Shown: one piece after another, positions 18,475-27,025 of the stretch
Numbering within the stretch: position 1 is the first letter of the stretch
Layout: each line of letters begins with the position of its first letter
NCBI GenBank assembly: GCA_964372275.1
Contig: CAYJRR010000002.1
Location: 16,522 to 80,521 of the forward strand
Length of the DNA: 64,000 nucleotides
Source of the DNA: an uncultured bacterium
GTDB lineage: Bacteria > CAYJRR01
Direction of reading: 5' to 3'
The notes under the pieces: generated by a model
Database searches by the model: none
What the model saw: only the letters and a program-made list of their open reading frames with translations
What the model was told of the DNA's origin: nothing
Made by a program: the position numbers and the translations under genes

Positions 18475-20976
18475 GTGGGTCGAGCAAGGGCGTTGGCGGA
18501 CGCGCGCGCGTCCGGGGATGAACGGGAGACGAGCCGGCTTCGCGAAGCGGCCGGCGTGCTGTCGGCCGCCGCCGGCGCCTACGCGCTCGTCAGCCTCCTG
18601 AGCTACCACCCGTTCGATCCGTCGTTCAACTCGAGCGTCGCCCGCGGCGCGGTGCAGAATGCGGGCGGCGTCGTCGGCGCGTACCTGGCCGATCTGCTGG
18701 TGCAGCTCCTCGGCGTCAGCAGCTATTCGGTCGTCGCGCTGGCGTTCGCCACCGGCGCGCGGTTGATCTTCGGGCGTCCGGTCGCCGTGCGAGGCGAGCG
18801 CGGTCTGGCCTCGGCGGGATTGCTCGTCGCGGCGTCGATCCTCCTTCAGCTTTGGTTCGGTCCGGTGACCATGGGCGGGCACCGTGTCCCGGCGGGGGGG
18901 CTGCTCGGCCACGCGCTCGCCGAGTTCCTCGTCCGGTGGATCGACGTGACCGGCAGCTTCCTGCTCGCGTCGTCGATCCTGGTCGTCTCGTCGATGGTGC
19001 TCACCGGGACCCGCGTGTCGGACCTGTTGGTGCGCGGCGCGGCCGAGGCGGCGAAGGCCTGGCGATGGGGAAAGAAGGAGTGGATCGCGTATCGCGCGGC
19101 GTCGGCGCCCGCGGGCAGAACGGCGGAGCGAAAGAAGATGGAAAAGCCGGCGCGGCGGACGAAGCCGGGCGACGTCGCGCCATCGGCGGACGACGACGCG
19201 GCGGAGGAGGCGATCGACGAGTTCGAGCCGTCGATGCTCGACATCGTGCGGCAGGGGGCGGCGGAGGAGGCGGCGCAGCGGCTCGGTGTGGCGGTGGAGG
19301 GGCCGAGGATCGTGGCGCCGGGTGTGTATGGAGGGAGGAAAGGAAAGGGGAAGGAGGAGGAGAAGGAGAAGCTCAAGGAGAAGGAGCAGGAGAAGGAGAA
19401 GGGGAAAGGGAGAGAGAAGGGGTTGGAGGTTCCGGCGCCGGTGGAGGGGGTCTACGCGCTGCCGTCGATCGAGCTGTTGGAGAGCGAAGACCAGAAGCCG
19501 ATGCAGATCGACGCCGAGGCGCTGAAGAGCACGGCGGAGGTGCTGGAGAGGAAGCTGAAGGACTTCGGCGTCTTCGGGCGGGTGGTCGAGGTCCATCCGG
19601 GGCCGGTGATCACCATGTTCGAGTTCGAGCCGGCTCCGGGGATCAAGGTGAACCGGGTGTCGAACCTGGTCGACGATCTGAAGATGGCGATGAAGGCGAC
19701 CTCGGTGCGGATCGTCGCGCCGATCCCGGGGAAGGGGACGGTCGGGATCGAGATCCCGAACGACCACCGCGAAATGGTCTACCTGAAAGACATCCTCGCC
19801 AGCGCGGAGTTCACCGAGCGCGCGACGATGACGCCGATGGCGCTGGGAAAGGACATCGCCGGAAAACCGGTGATGGCGGACCTCGCGAAGATGCCGCACC
19901 TGCTCGTCGCCGGCACGACCGGGTCGGGCAAGTCGGTGTCGGTCAACGCCATGATCCTCTCGCTCCTCTACCGCTCCACGCCGAACGACGTGCGGATGGT
20001 GATGATCGACCCGAAGATGCTCGAGTTCAGCATCTACGACGGGATCCCGCACCTGCTGCTGCCGGTGATCACCAACCCCAAGAAGGCGGCGATGGCCCTC
20101 AAGTGGGCGGTCACCGAGATGGAGCGGCGGTACCGCCTGCTCGCCGACGTCAACGCCCGCAACATCGCCGCTTACAACAAGCGGATCCCCCGGATCCTCG
20201 AGGAGCGGAAGCGCGAGGCGGTCGATCAGACGGCCAAGAACGACCCGATGGACGGCGCGCCCTCGATGGAGGCCCAGGCCGAGGAGGCGGCGAAGCCCCT
20301 CGAACACGGCCATCTCCCCTACATCGTGATCGTCATCGACGAGCTCTCCGACCTGATGATGATCGCCAAGAACGAGGTGGAGGAATCGATCACCCGGCTG
20401 GCGCAGATGGCGCGCGCCGCCGGGATTCACCTCCTGATCGCGACCCAACGGCCGTCGGTCGACGTCATCACGGGCCTCATCAAGGCGAACTTCCCGGCGC
20501 GGATCGCGTTCCGCGTCCTGTCGAAGATCGACTCGCGCACCGTGCTCGACGCCTCGGGGGCGGAGGCGCTCCTCGGCGACGGCGACATGCTCTTCCTCCA
20601 GCCGGGAACGACCCGCATGAGCCGCGTGCACGGCGCGTTCGTCTCCGACACCGAGATCCAGCGCGTCGTCGACTTCCTGAAAGCCCAAGGGAAGCCGCAG
20701 TACGAGGAGGAGATCCTGCGCGCGTCGCTCGCCGCCGACGCCGGGACGGAAGGGAGCGTCGACGAGGAGGCCGACGAGCTCTACGACCAGGCGGTGGCGA
20801 TCGTGGCCGAGAGCCGGCAAGCCTCGATCAGCTACATCCAGCGCCGGCTCAAGGTCGGCTACAACCGCGCCGCCCGGATGATCGAGCGGATGGAGACCGA
20901 AGGGATCGTCGGCGCCAGCGACGGCGTCAAACCGCGCCCCGTCCTGGTTCAACACATCCCCGGCCCACAGCCCTAG
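18475..20976 (+). CDS. ftsK: DNA translocase FtsK
   Basis: GTG start with GGGGAGG upstream, in frame within track ORF 16894..20976. 4-TM N-terminus and a variable linker. Motor motifs LVAGTTGSGKSVSVN and IVIVIDELSDLMM. Gamma domain SISYIQRRLKVGYNRAARMIERME. Confidence 0.9.
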   Translation: MGRARALADARASGDERETSRLREAAGVLSAAAGAYALVSLLSYHPFDPSFNSSVARGAVQNAGGVVGAYLADLLVQLLGVSSYSVVALAFATGARLIFGRPVAVRGERGLASAGLLVAASILLQLWFGPVTMGGHRVPAGGLLGHALAEFLVRWIDVTGSFLLASSILVVSSMVLTGTRVSDLLVRGAAEAAKAWRWGKKEWIAYRAASAPAGRTAERKKMEKPARRTKPGDVAPSADDDAAEEAIDEFEPSMLDIVRQGAAEEAAQRLGVAVEGPRIVAPGVYGGRKGKGKEEEKEKLKEKEQEKEKGKGREKGLEVPAPVEGVYALPSIELLESEDQKPMQIDAEALKSTAEVLERKLKDFGVFGRVVEVHPGPVITMFEFEPAPGIKVNRVSNLVDDLKMAMKATSVRIVAPIPGKGTVGIEIPNDHREMVYLKDILASAEFTERATMTPMALGKDIAGKPVMADLAKMPHLLVAGTTGSGKSVSVNAMILSLLYRSTPNDVRMVMIDPKMLEFSIYDGIPHLLLPVITNPKKAAMALKWAVTEMERRYRLLADVNARNIAAYNKRIPRILEERKREAVDQTAKNDPMDGAPSMEAQAEEAAKPLEHGHLPYIVIVIDELSDLMMIAKNEVEESITRLAQMARAAGIHLLIATQRPSVDVITGLIKANFPARIAFRVLSKIDSRTVLDASGAEALLGDGDMLFLQPGTTRMSRVHGAFVSDTEIQRVVDFLKAQGKPQYEEEILRASLAADAGTEGSVDEEADELYDQAVAIVAESRQASISYIQRRLKVGYNRAARMIERMETEGIVGASDGVKPRPVLVQHIPGPQP
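19331..19439 (+). repeat. GA-rich repeat tract inside the FtsK linker (in frame)
   Basis: Encodes GRKGKGKEEEKEKLKEKEQEKEKGKGREKG. Contains the 21-mer AAGGAGGAGGAGAAGGAGAAG (19351-19371), identical to 12182-12202. Confidence 0.7.
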
Positions 20977-20978
20977 CC

Positions 20979-20999
20979 GCCGGCCGCACAGCGGCCGGC
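20979..20999 (+). terminator. GC hairpin immediately after the ftsK stop
   Basis: GCCGGCCGC-ACA-GCGGCCGGC, a 9-bp stem, starts 3 nt after the TAG and is followed by TT only. At best a weak intrinsic terminator. Confidence 0.4.
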
Positions 21000-21096
21000 T
21001 TGATCGAGTGATCGCGCAGCCGACGGCGTAGCACGTCTGCCGATCCCATCCCCTTTTCTTCCCTCCTCTCCCCGCTCCGTCTGCTCCTTCTCCTCG

Positions 21097-21132
21097 AACC
21101 TCCTCACTTCTCCTCCTCCTACTCCTCACCGC
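21097..21132. repeat. Left 36-bp perfect inverted-repeat core
   Basis: AACCTCCTCACTTCTCCTCCTCCTACTCCTCACCGC is the exact reverse complement of 21560-21595. Confidence 0.9.
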
Positions 21133-21214
21133 CTCTCCTCACCGTTACGCGTCTTCGCCCACGCACCATCGCCCCTCCCCCGACCTCGGCACTCTTCGAG
21201 CAAGGCCTGTCGGG

Positions 21215-21598
21215 ATGTCTTTCATTGCCTCGGAACGCGCCCGGTCCGCCCTTCGCGAGCTGCCGCCGCTTGTGGAGAAGATTCGTTCTCGCGACAACGA
21301 CCTCGCCGCCCAGATCCTCTTCGCGGCCCAGAGCGCTGCGCTCAATCTCGAGGAAGGATCCTGGAAGAGCGGGAGAGATCGCTCGAATCGATATCGCATC
21401 GCTGCCGGGAGCGCGTCGGAAGCGCGGATTGGGCTACGGATCGCGGCGGCGTTGCGCTATGTCGGGGAGCTGGAGATCGCGAAGGCGGTAGGCTACTTGA
21501 ATGAAGTTCTCGCGATTTTGGGGAAGATTCTCGGGTTCGAACGACAAGGGGAAGGGGTAGCGGTGAGGAGTAGGAGGAGGAGAAGTGAGGAGGTTTGA
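21215..21598 (+). CDS. Four-helix-bundle protein (23S rRNA intervening-sequence protein family)
   Basis: 127-aa ORF with the family signature ..AAQSAALNLEEGSWKSGRDRSNRYRIAAGSASEARIGLRIAAALRYV.. The last 13 codons (AVRSRRRRSEEV) are encoded by the right repeat arm. Confidence 0.8.
   Translation: MSFIASERARSALRELPPLVEKIRSRDNDLAAQILFAAQSAALNLEEGSWKSGRDRSNRYRIAAGSASEARIGLRIAAALRYVGELEIAKAVGYLNEVLAILGKILGFERQGEGVAVRSRRRRSEEV
21560..21595. repeat. Right 36-bp perfect inverted-repeat core
   Basis: GCGGTGAGGAGTAGGAGGAGGAGAAGTGAGGAGGTT ends 1 nt before the TGA of the enclosed ORF. Confidence 0.9.
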
Positions 21599-21728
21599 GG
21601 AGGAGGAGTAGGAGCAGGGGGAAGGAAAGAGAAAGAGAAGCGTTAGGGGGTAGTCCGGCGCTCATGACGAGGAGAGGCTATTTTCGGAGACCCGGCCAGC
21701 GGGCCGCGCTGGTTGTCTTCAGAACGCT

Positions 21729-22658
21729 ATGAGAGCTTGGCAAACGATGGGTGGCCGCGCAGCGGCGTTGTCGGTGATTTCAACCGCGCTACTGGCCGAG
21801 GCATGTGGCGATGCTGCCGTGGCGGAAGTCGGGATGCGATGGTCGGGAATCGTCGGGGGGGAGTTGGACGACGCGCACCCGGCGGTCGTCTACATCGCGG
21901 AGAGCGGGTTCAGCTGCTCAGGGGCGCTGGTCGCGCCGACGATCGTCCTCACGGCGGGGCACTGCACCTACGATGGCGATCCCGCCCACTACACCGTTTC
22001 GGGCGGGGTCGAGGCACGCGATCTGCCGGACTGGACGCGGGCGGTGACGGCGGTCGTTCAGAACACGGCCTACGATCCGGTGAACCTGCGGCACGACGTC
22101 GGGCTCCTCTTCCTCGACGAGGAGCCGCCCGTCGAGCCGATCCCTTGGCTCCGGGGACGCGACGACGGGCGCTACGAGGACGGGACGCCGATCGTCGCGG
22201 TCGGGTACGGCACCGCGGGCGGCACGCAGGGGGACGACCGCGGCACGCGGCGTCGGGTGGAGATGGAGATCCTGAAGGCGACGGAGTCGAAGTTCCGGTT
22301 CGGCGGAGACGGGGAGAACGTCTGCTCGGGCGACTCCGGCGGGCCGATCCTCGCCGAGGTGGAGGGGCGCGAGACGATCGTCGGCATCGCCGCCGCCGCC
22401 GACGAGGCGTGCGCGGAGGTCGGAATCGCCATGCGCACCGACGACAACGCGGAGTTCCTCGCGCCCTACCTCCCGGAGGAGGAGGGCGACGGCGGAGGGG
22501 GCGGCGGGCGCGGCTGCCGCGTCGCCTCGGCGACGGCGCGCCGCGGCCCTCCGTACGCGTCGGCCGTCGGCCTGCTGGCCGCGGTCGCCGCGTCCTGCTT
22601 CGTCACGCGACGGCGAGCAGTTCGACCTCGAAGACCAGGGTCGAGTGGGGCGGGATGA
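21729..22658 (+). CDS. Trypsin-like (S1) serine protease with MYXO-CTERM-like C-terminal tail
   Basis: Signal/lipobox STALLAEAC and mature-type IVGG. Catalytic triad TAGHC / RHDVGLLFL / GDSGGP. Tail: GGGGGGRGC..AVGLLAAVAASCFVTRRR. Confidence 0.8.
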   Translation: MRAWQTMGGRAAALSVISTALLAEACGDAAVAEVGMRWSGIVGGELDDAHPAVVYIAESGFSCSGALVAPTIVLTAGHCTYDGDPAHYTVSGGVEARDLPDWTRAVTAVVQNTAYDPVNLRHDVGLLFLDEEPPVEPIPWLRGRDDGRYEDGTPIVAVGYGTAGGTQGDDRGTRRRVEMEILKATESKFRFGGDGENVCSGDSGGPILAEVEGRETIVGIAAAADEACAEVGIAMRTDDNAEFLAPYLPEEEGDGGGGGGRGCRVASATARRGPPYASAVGLLAAVAASCFVTRRRAVRPRRPGSSGAG

Positions 22659-22920
22659 CGGGCGGATATCCGCGTGCGCCGTACGCCAGCTCGGGCGGGA
22701 TCGTCAGCTTGCGGATGCCGCCGACCTTCATTCCGGCGACCCCCTGGTCCCAGCCCTGGATCACGTCGCCGGCGCCGAGGGAGAACTCGAACCCCTCGTT
22801 CCGGTCGCGCGAGCTGTCGACCTTCTTCCCGTTGGTGAGCGTCCCGACGTAGTGCACCGTCACGCTCTTCCCGGCCACCGCTTCGGCCCCCGTTCCGACC
22901 TTCAGTTCCTCGATCTTCAT
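22603..22920 (-). CDS. FKBP-type peptidyl-prolyl cis-trans isomerase
   Basis: 105-aa product MKIEELKVGTG..VTVHYVGTLTNGKKVDSSRDRNEGFEFSLGAGDVIQGWDQGVAGMKVGGIRKLTIPPELAYG, in frame in track ORF 22603..23610. Confidence 0.9.
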   Translation of the reverse strand: MKIEELKVGTGAEAVAGKSVTVHYVGTLTNGKKVDSSRDRNEGFEFSLGAGDVIQGWDQGVAGMKVGGIRKLTIPPELAYGARGYPPVIPPHSTLVFEVELLAVA

Positions 22921-22995
22921 GGGCGAGGCATACCACGCCAGTCGAATGGAGCGCCCCCACATTGCGTTTCTACGGGCAAGGGGTAGGGTGCCGCC

Positions 22996-23733
22996 ATGCT
23001 CACCGTGACGACCGTTCGATGCCTCGCCGCCGCGACGATCCTCGGAGGAGGAGCGGCGGCGACCGGTGCCGCACCGAACGTGACCGCGACCCCTGCGCGC
23101 GTGCCGGCACCGGTCGCGACGGCCACGCCGCCCGCCGCGGCGGCCCCGGCCGGATTGGTGGCGCGGGTGCAGCGCGCGTACGAAGGCATGCGCCACTACG
23201 CCGCGGAGTTCGACCAGGTCACGCGGCTCAAAGGGGCGCGCGCCGGGGCGGAATCGGGCGGCCGCGTCTGGTTGCAGAAGCCCGGTCGGATGCGGTGGGA
23301 GTTCGAGCGGCCGGAGAAGAAGCTGTTCGTCTCGGACGGGAAGTCGATGTGGATCTACGAGCCGTCCGAGAACCAGGTGATCGTCACCGAATCGGTCGCC
23401 TCGTCGACGTCGATGACGGCGCTGAACTTCCTCGAAGGGCTGGGCTCCCTCGAGCGTTCGTTCGACGTCGCGACCGCCGAACCGCCTGCCGAAGCGGCCG
23501 GGAAGGATCTCGCCTTCCTGGTCCTCACGCCGAAGCCGGAGTCGGACGTGCAGTACTCGCGGATCCTCCTCGGCGTCGATCCGAAGTCGGCGCTGGCGCG
23601 CGAGGTGCACCTCGTCGACGCGCTCGGAAACGCCACCCGGCTGGTGTTCCGCAACGCCACCACCGCGGCGAAGGGACCGCCCGACGGATTCACCTTCGCC
23701 ATCCCACCGGGAGCCGAGGTGATCCGACCGTAG
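22996..23733 (+). CDS. lolA: Outer-membrane lipoprotein carrier protein LolA-like
   Basis: 245-aa ORF with a signal peptide and an Ala/Pro-rich linker. LolA-type pattern: F.Q...L..A......GRVWLQKPGRMRWEFERPEKKLFVSDGKSMWIYEPSENQV. Confidence 0.75.
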   Translation: MLTVTTVRCLAAATILGGGAAATGAAPNVTATPARVPAPVATATPPAAAAPAGLVARVQRAYEGMRHYAAEFDQVTRLKGARAGAESGGRVWLQKPGRMRWEFERPEKKLFVSDGKSMWIYEPSENQVIVTESVASSTSMTALNFLEGLGSLERSFDVATAEPPAEAAGKDLAFLVLTPKPESDVQYSRILLGVDPKSALAREVHLVDALGNATRLVFRNATTAAKGPPDGFTFAIPPGAEVIRP

Positions 23734-23784
23734 GACGGCCTGGCCGCCTCCACGCTCCCGCGCGGGACGGTGGCCGGTTTCGGG

Positions 23785-24507
23785 TCAGCCCCAGGCCGCG
23801 TCGTCGGGATCGACCGCCACCACCAGATCGAGCTGCCGGGCGAGCTCGGCGTGGCGGATCAGGAGGCCGACGTCGACGGCGATCCTCTCCGGCGAAACGT
23901 CGGTGATGGCGGCGGCGCGCCGGACCTCCTCCGATCCGATCGAGCACAGCTCGTCGAGCAGGTCGACGGAAACGTTCCGTATCCGTGCGCGTGGAAGCAG
24001 TTGCCAGGTGATCGGGTAGGGCTTTCCGACGTCGAGGCACAGGGGGCTTGTCGCGGCCAACCGCAGGTCGTGGCCGCAAGCCCGACCGAGTGCACCGAGG
24101 AGCGCGCCCGGCCCGGCGTCGGCGCAGAGCCGCGCCTCCGGCCACGGCGGCGTGACGAGCGCCGTCCAGAGTCGGACCAGGTCCTCGTAGACCGACCAGC
24201 CGTCGAGCCGCGCCTCGGGGTCGTCGCCGAGCGACTCGCGCAGCGCGCGGTCGCCGGGAAGGAGCTCCGCGGTTCGCCCGAGACGCGCCATCGTCGCCTC
24301 GAAACGCGCGACATCGAAACGGCGACGTTCCTCGAGCCGCGGTCCCTCGCCGGGAACGAACGGCTCGCGGGCTCCGAACCCGCCGCGCGGGTCGGCTTTT
24401 GCCCGCACGTCGCCGGCCCAGGCTTTGGCCTCGGCGAAGCCCTCGCGCCAGGGCGCCTGCTGCGCGATCCGGATCAGCGCTTCGTAGTCGTAGGCAAGGA
24501 GTCGCAC
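23785..24507 (-). CDS. Hypothetical protein
   Basis: C-terminal 240 codons of track ORF 23785..27390, with normal composition. The first plausible start is a GTG at 24507, which overlaps the upstream gene by 34 nt, so the start is uncertain. No recognised family. Confidence 0.45.
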   Translation of the reverse strand: MRLLAYDYEALIRIAQQAPWREGFAEAKAWAGDVRAKADPRGGFGAREPFVPGEGPRLEERRRFDVARFEATMARLGRTAELLPGDRALRESLGDDPEARLDGWSVYEDLVRLWTALVTPPWPEARLCADAGPGALLGALGRACGHDLRLAATSPLCLDVGKPYPITWQLLPRARIRNVSVDLLDELCSIGSEEVRRAAAITDVSPERIAVDVGLLIRHAELARQLDLVVAVDPDDAAWG

Positions 24508-25292
24508 GCGTCGCCCGCGCCATAGCACGGCAGTTCGAGCCGCGCCACCAGCGGGAGGTGGTCGCTCGCGGTCCGGGCCGGTCCGCGACGGAGTGGACGG
24601 CAGTGCACGACCCGGACGTCGCGGCTGACGTAGACGTGGTCGACCCGGAACAGCGGGAACCGGGCCGGGTAGGTGGCGGCGCGCCGGTCGAGGAGCGCCG
24701 CGTCCTGGTATCGCGCTCGGAGCGCGCGCGTATCGCGTCCGCGGAACCAGTCGTTGAAATCTCCGCCGAGGACCGTCGGCCGCCGCTCCCCCTCCAGCAC
24801 GGCGTCGACCAGGTGCGCCGCCTGTCGCGCGCGCTCGCCGTGGAGCAGGCCGAGGTGAGCCGATCCCGCCAGGAGGTCGACGCCGGGCAGCTCGATCCTC
24901 GCGAGCAGGCACCCGCGCGGCTCCGGTCGCACCGTCCATCCGTGCGCGGCCAGCGCCGTCCCGATCCGTCCCGGGACCGACAGGTCGTGGTTCTCCCAGC
25001 TCGCGATCGGATACCGGGAGAGGATGGCGTTCCCGTAGCGGTAGCGGCCGCCGCGCCACACCACGTTCGGCGCGAAGGCCACAACCCCGTAGCCAAGCAG
25101 ATCGGCGATCGCCGTCAGCGGATCGCGGGCGCGGTCGCCCTCGATCCGTCCGACCTCCTGGAGGGCGATCACGTCGGCGCCGGTCTCGGCGATCGCCGCC
25201 GCGACCCGCCGCGCGTCGAACGTGTGCAGGAATCGGTGGCCGGCGTGGATGTTGTAGGTGGCGAACGTCACCGCGGCGTGGAGACTCGGCAT
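24474..25292 (-). CDS. Endonuclease/exonuclease/phosphatase (EEP) family protein
   Basis: 272-aa ORF with motifs TFATYNIHAG, DVIALQEV, GGDFNDW and ASDHLPLVARLEL. Confidence 0.8.
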   Translation of the reverse strand: MPSLHAAVTFATYNIHAGHRFLHTFDARRVAAAIAETGADVIALQEVGRIEGDRARDPLTAIADLLGYGVVAFAPNVVWRGGRYRYGNAILSRYPIASWENHDLSVPGRIGTALAAHGWTVRPEPRGCLLARIELPGVDLLAGSAHLGLLHGERARQAAHLVDAVLEGERRPTVLGGDFNDWFRGRDTRALRARYQDAALLDRRAATYPARFPLFRVDHVYVSRDVRVVHCRPLRRGPARTASDHLPLVARLELPCYGAGDACDSLPTTTKR

Positions 25293-25328
25293 CGTCGGCC
25301 GGCCACGCTAGCACCCGCCGCCGCGCGC

Positions 25329-26948
25329 TCAATCGGCGGCGGCGGGCGGGGGGACGCGCCGGTTCGGCTCCGGCCGATAGCGGACGAAGAACCGGTGCAG
25401 CTCCTCCGGCCGGCGCACCGCGCGGAAGTCGAACGGCGCATCGCGCGGGTGGATCACGAACCCTTCGATCTCGTCGGCCCCGATGCCGCCGTGGCTTCCG
25501 AACTCCCAGGAGAAGGCGACGGTCGTCGATCCGCCGTTCCCGTAGAGGACGAGGTCCCCCGCCGAGGGCATGGCGATCACCCGGCGCAGGTAGCCGGCGA
25601 GCACGTCGGCGCGCGCGGCGAATCCGGGGATCTCGCGGAGGCGTTCCGCGACGCGCCCGTCGTCCAGCCGGATCACCCGATCGCCGGCGATCAGCATCGG
25701 TCCGTGCTCGCCGCGCGCGAGGAGGAACGGCACGGCGCCCGACCGGCGCAGCGCCTCCACGATCTTCGGCTGGAGGGATCGGGCCTGTTCGAAGGTCGCC
25801 GGCGCCTCGATGTCGGTGAAGTAGAGGTGGGCGATGTCCCCGGCGTCGACGATCTGAACGCCGGCGGGAGGCGTGGCGGCGGTCCGCGCCCGTTGGTGGA
25901 CGATCCATCCGACCGGCGGCACCAGGCGATCCCCGAGCGCGCGAAGCCGCGCGTGGCGTTCCGCCGACCGCTCTCCTTCCGCCGCGGCGCACAGGAACGC
26001 GGGGAGGTCGCGCCCGTCGAGGGCGGCGAAGGGGACGGCGTCGACCATGCCGTGATCGGCCAGGACGAAGACGTCGTATCCCATCTCCGGCCAGGCGGCG
26101 GCCGCCGCGAAGATCGTCTCCGCCGCTCGGTCGGCCGAGCGGAGGAATCGCATCGCCAGCGGCGATCGCGGTCCGCGGCGGTGGCCGATCTCGTCGTAGT
26201 CGACGATGCAGGTGTAGACGATCGGAACGCCGTGGGCCATGTCCCCCACCGTCCCCCAGACGGCGAACTCCCAGAGCGGGATCGATGTCAGGAGGCGCAT
26301 TCCGAGCAGGCGCCATTCCCAGTCGAAGCGCCCGACCTTCGTCGCCCAGCGGAGACCGTCGGCGATCGACGGGCCGACTTCGAGCGCGGCCCGCCCGAGG
26401 AGGCGCACCCCGAGCCCGCCGAGCGCCAGCGCCGCGAGTCGCGGTTCCCAGTGGCGGAAGCCGACGTTCCATTGCATCGTCGACACCCGCGCCAGGTTCA
26501 GCGCCGGGGCAGCGGCCCCGCCGGCGAAGAGCGTCGTGTAGGAGGTGCCGCCCGCGAGCAGCCCGGGGTCGCCGTTCGCGTGGCGCCGCTCGATCCGCTT
26601 CGCGTCGGCGGAGCGGTCCATCCGCACGTGGCGACGCCGGCGCTTGTCGTACCAGAGGTAGCCCGGCACGTCGTCGACCCTTCCGTAGAGGAATCCGGCC
26701 TGGAAGGCGGAGGTCGACGCGGGGGCTCCGACCAGGTAGGCCGAGCAGCGGTGGGTGCCCTCCTCGAGCAGGCGGGCGAGGAACGGCGCATGCCCCTCGC
26801 GCATCGCCGCGCAGAGCGCGCCGTGCGAGACGCCGTCGAGGTGGACGATCACCGCGCGGCGGCCGCACGCTCCGGCGGGCTGCCGCCGCCGAGCGGGCGC
26901 CATCCCGGCCGTGGCGAGCCAGCGCGTGAGCCGGCGGAAGCGGTCCAC
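25329..26948 (-). CDS. Alkaline-phosphatase-superfamily protein (nucleotide pyrophosphatase/phosphodiesterase-like)
   Basis: 539-aa ORF with a GTG start. Motifs: VIVHLDGVSHGAL, PASTSAFQAGFLYG, DYDEIGHRRGP and VLADHGM. Confidence 0.7.
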   Translation of the reverse strand: MDRFRRLTRWLATAGMAPARRRQPAGACGRRAVIVHLDGVSHGALCAAMREGHAPFLARLLEEGTHRCSAYLVGAPASTSAFQAGFLYGRVDDVPGYLWYDKRRRRHVRMDRSADAKRIERRHANGDPGLLAGGTSYTTLFAGGAAAPALNLARVSTMQWNVGFRHWEPRLAALALGGLGVRLLGRAALEVGPSIADGLRWATKVGRFDWEWRLLGMRLLTSIPLWEFAVWGTVGDMAHGVPIVYTCIVDYDEIGHRRGPRSPLAMRFLRSADRAAETIFAAAAAWPEMGYDVFVLADHGMVDAVPFAALDGRDLPAFLCAAAEGERSAERHARLRALGDRLVPPVGWIVHQRARTAATPPAGVQIVDAGDIAHLYFTDIEAPATFEQARSLQPKIVEALRRSGAVPFLLARGEHGPMLIAGDRVIRLDDGRVAERLREIPGFAARADVLAGYLRRVIAMPSAGDLVLYGNGGSTTVAFSWEFGSHGGIGADEIEGFVIHPRDAPFDFRAVRRPEELHRFFVRYRPEPNRRVPPPAAAD

Positions 26949-27025
26949 CGCGATGCCCCTGCTCCGCCGCGGCCCGGACGCAAATTCGCAAAATCGAAGC
27001 CGCCGGGAGTAGGCTTGACGGTCGC

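Larger units (their letters stand above)
21047..21650. mobile_element. Inverted-repeat-bounded cassette carrying a four-helix-bundle gene (IVS-like element; mobility not shown)
   Basis: A CT-rich arm (21047-21143) and a GA-rich arm (21547-21650) enclose ORF 21215..21598. The cores 21097-21132 and 21560-21595 are perfect 36-bp reverse complements. Confidence 0.5.

Noticed and set aside
18412-21129. 905-aa minus-strand ORF
   Set aside because: It is antisense to ftsK, which has unambiguous Walker and gamma-domain motifs. Its first codons are simply the CT-rich repeat arm read in frame.
21215-21598. Four-helix-bundle gene as the Avd component of a diversity-generating retroelement
   Set aside because: No reverse transcriptase gene and no template/variable repeat pair are present anywhere in the window.
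21047-21650. Genuine 23S rRNA intervening sequence
   Set aside because: There is no rRNA sequence in the window. The cassette lies between ftsK and a protease gene, so only the architecture is IVS-like.
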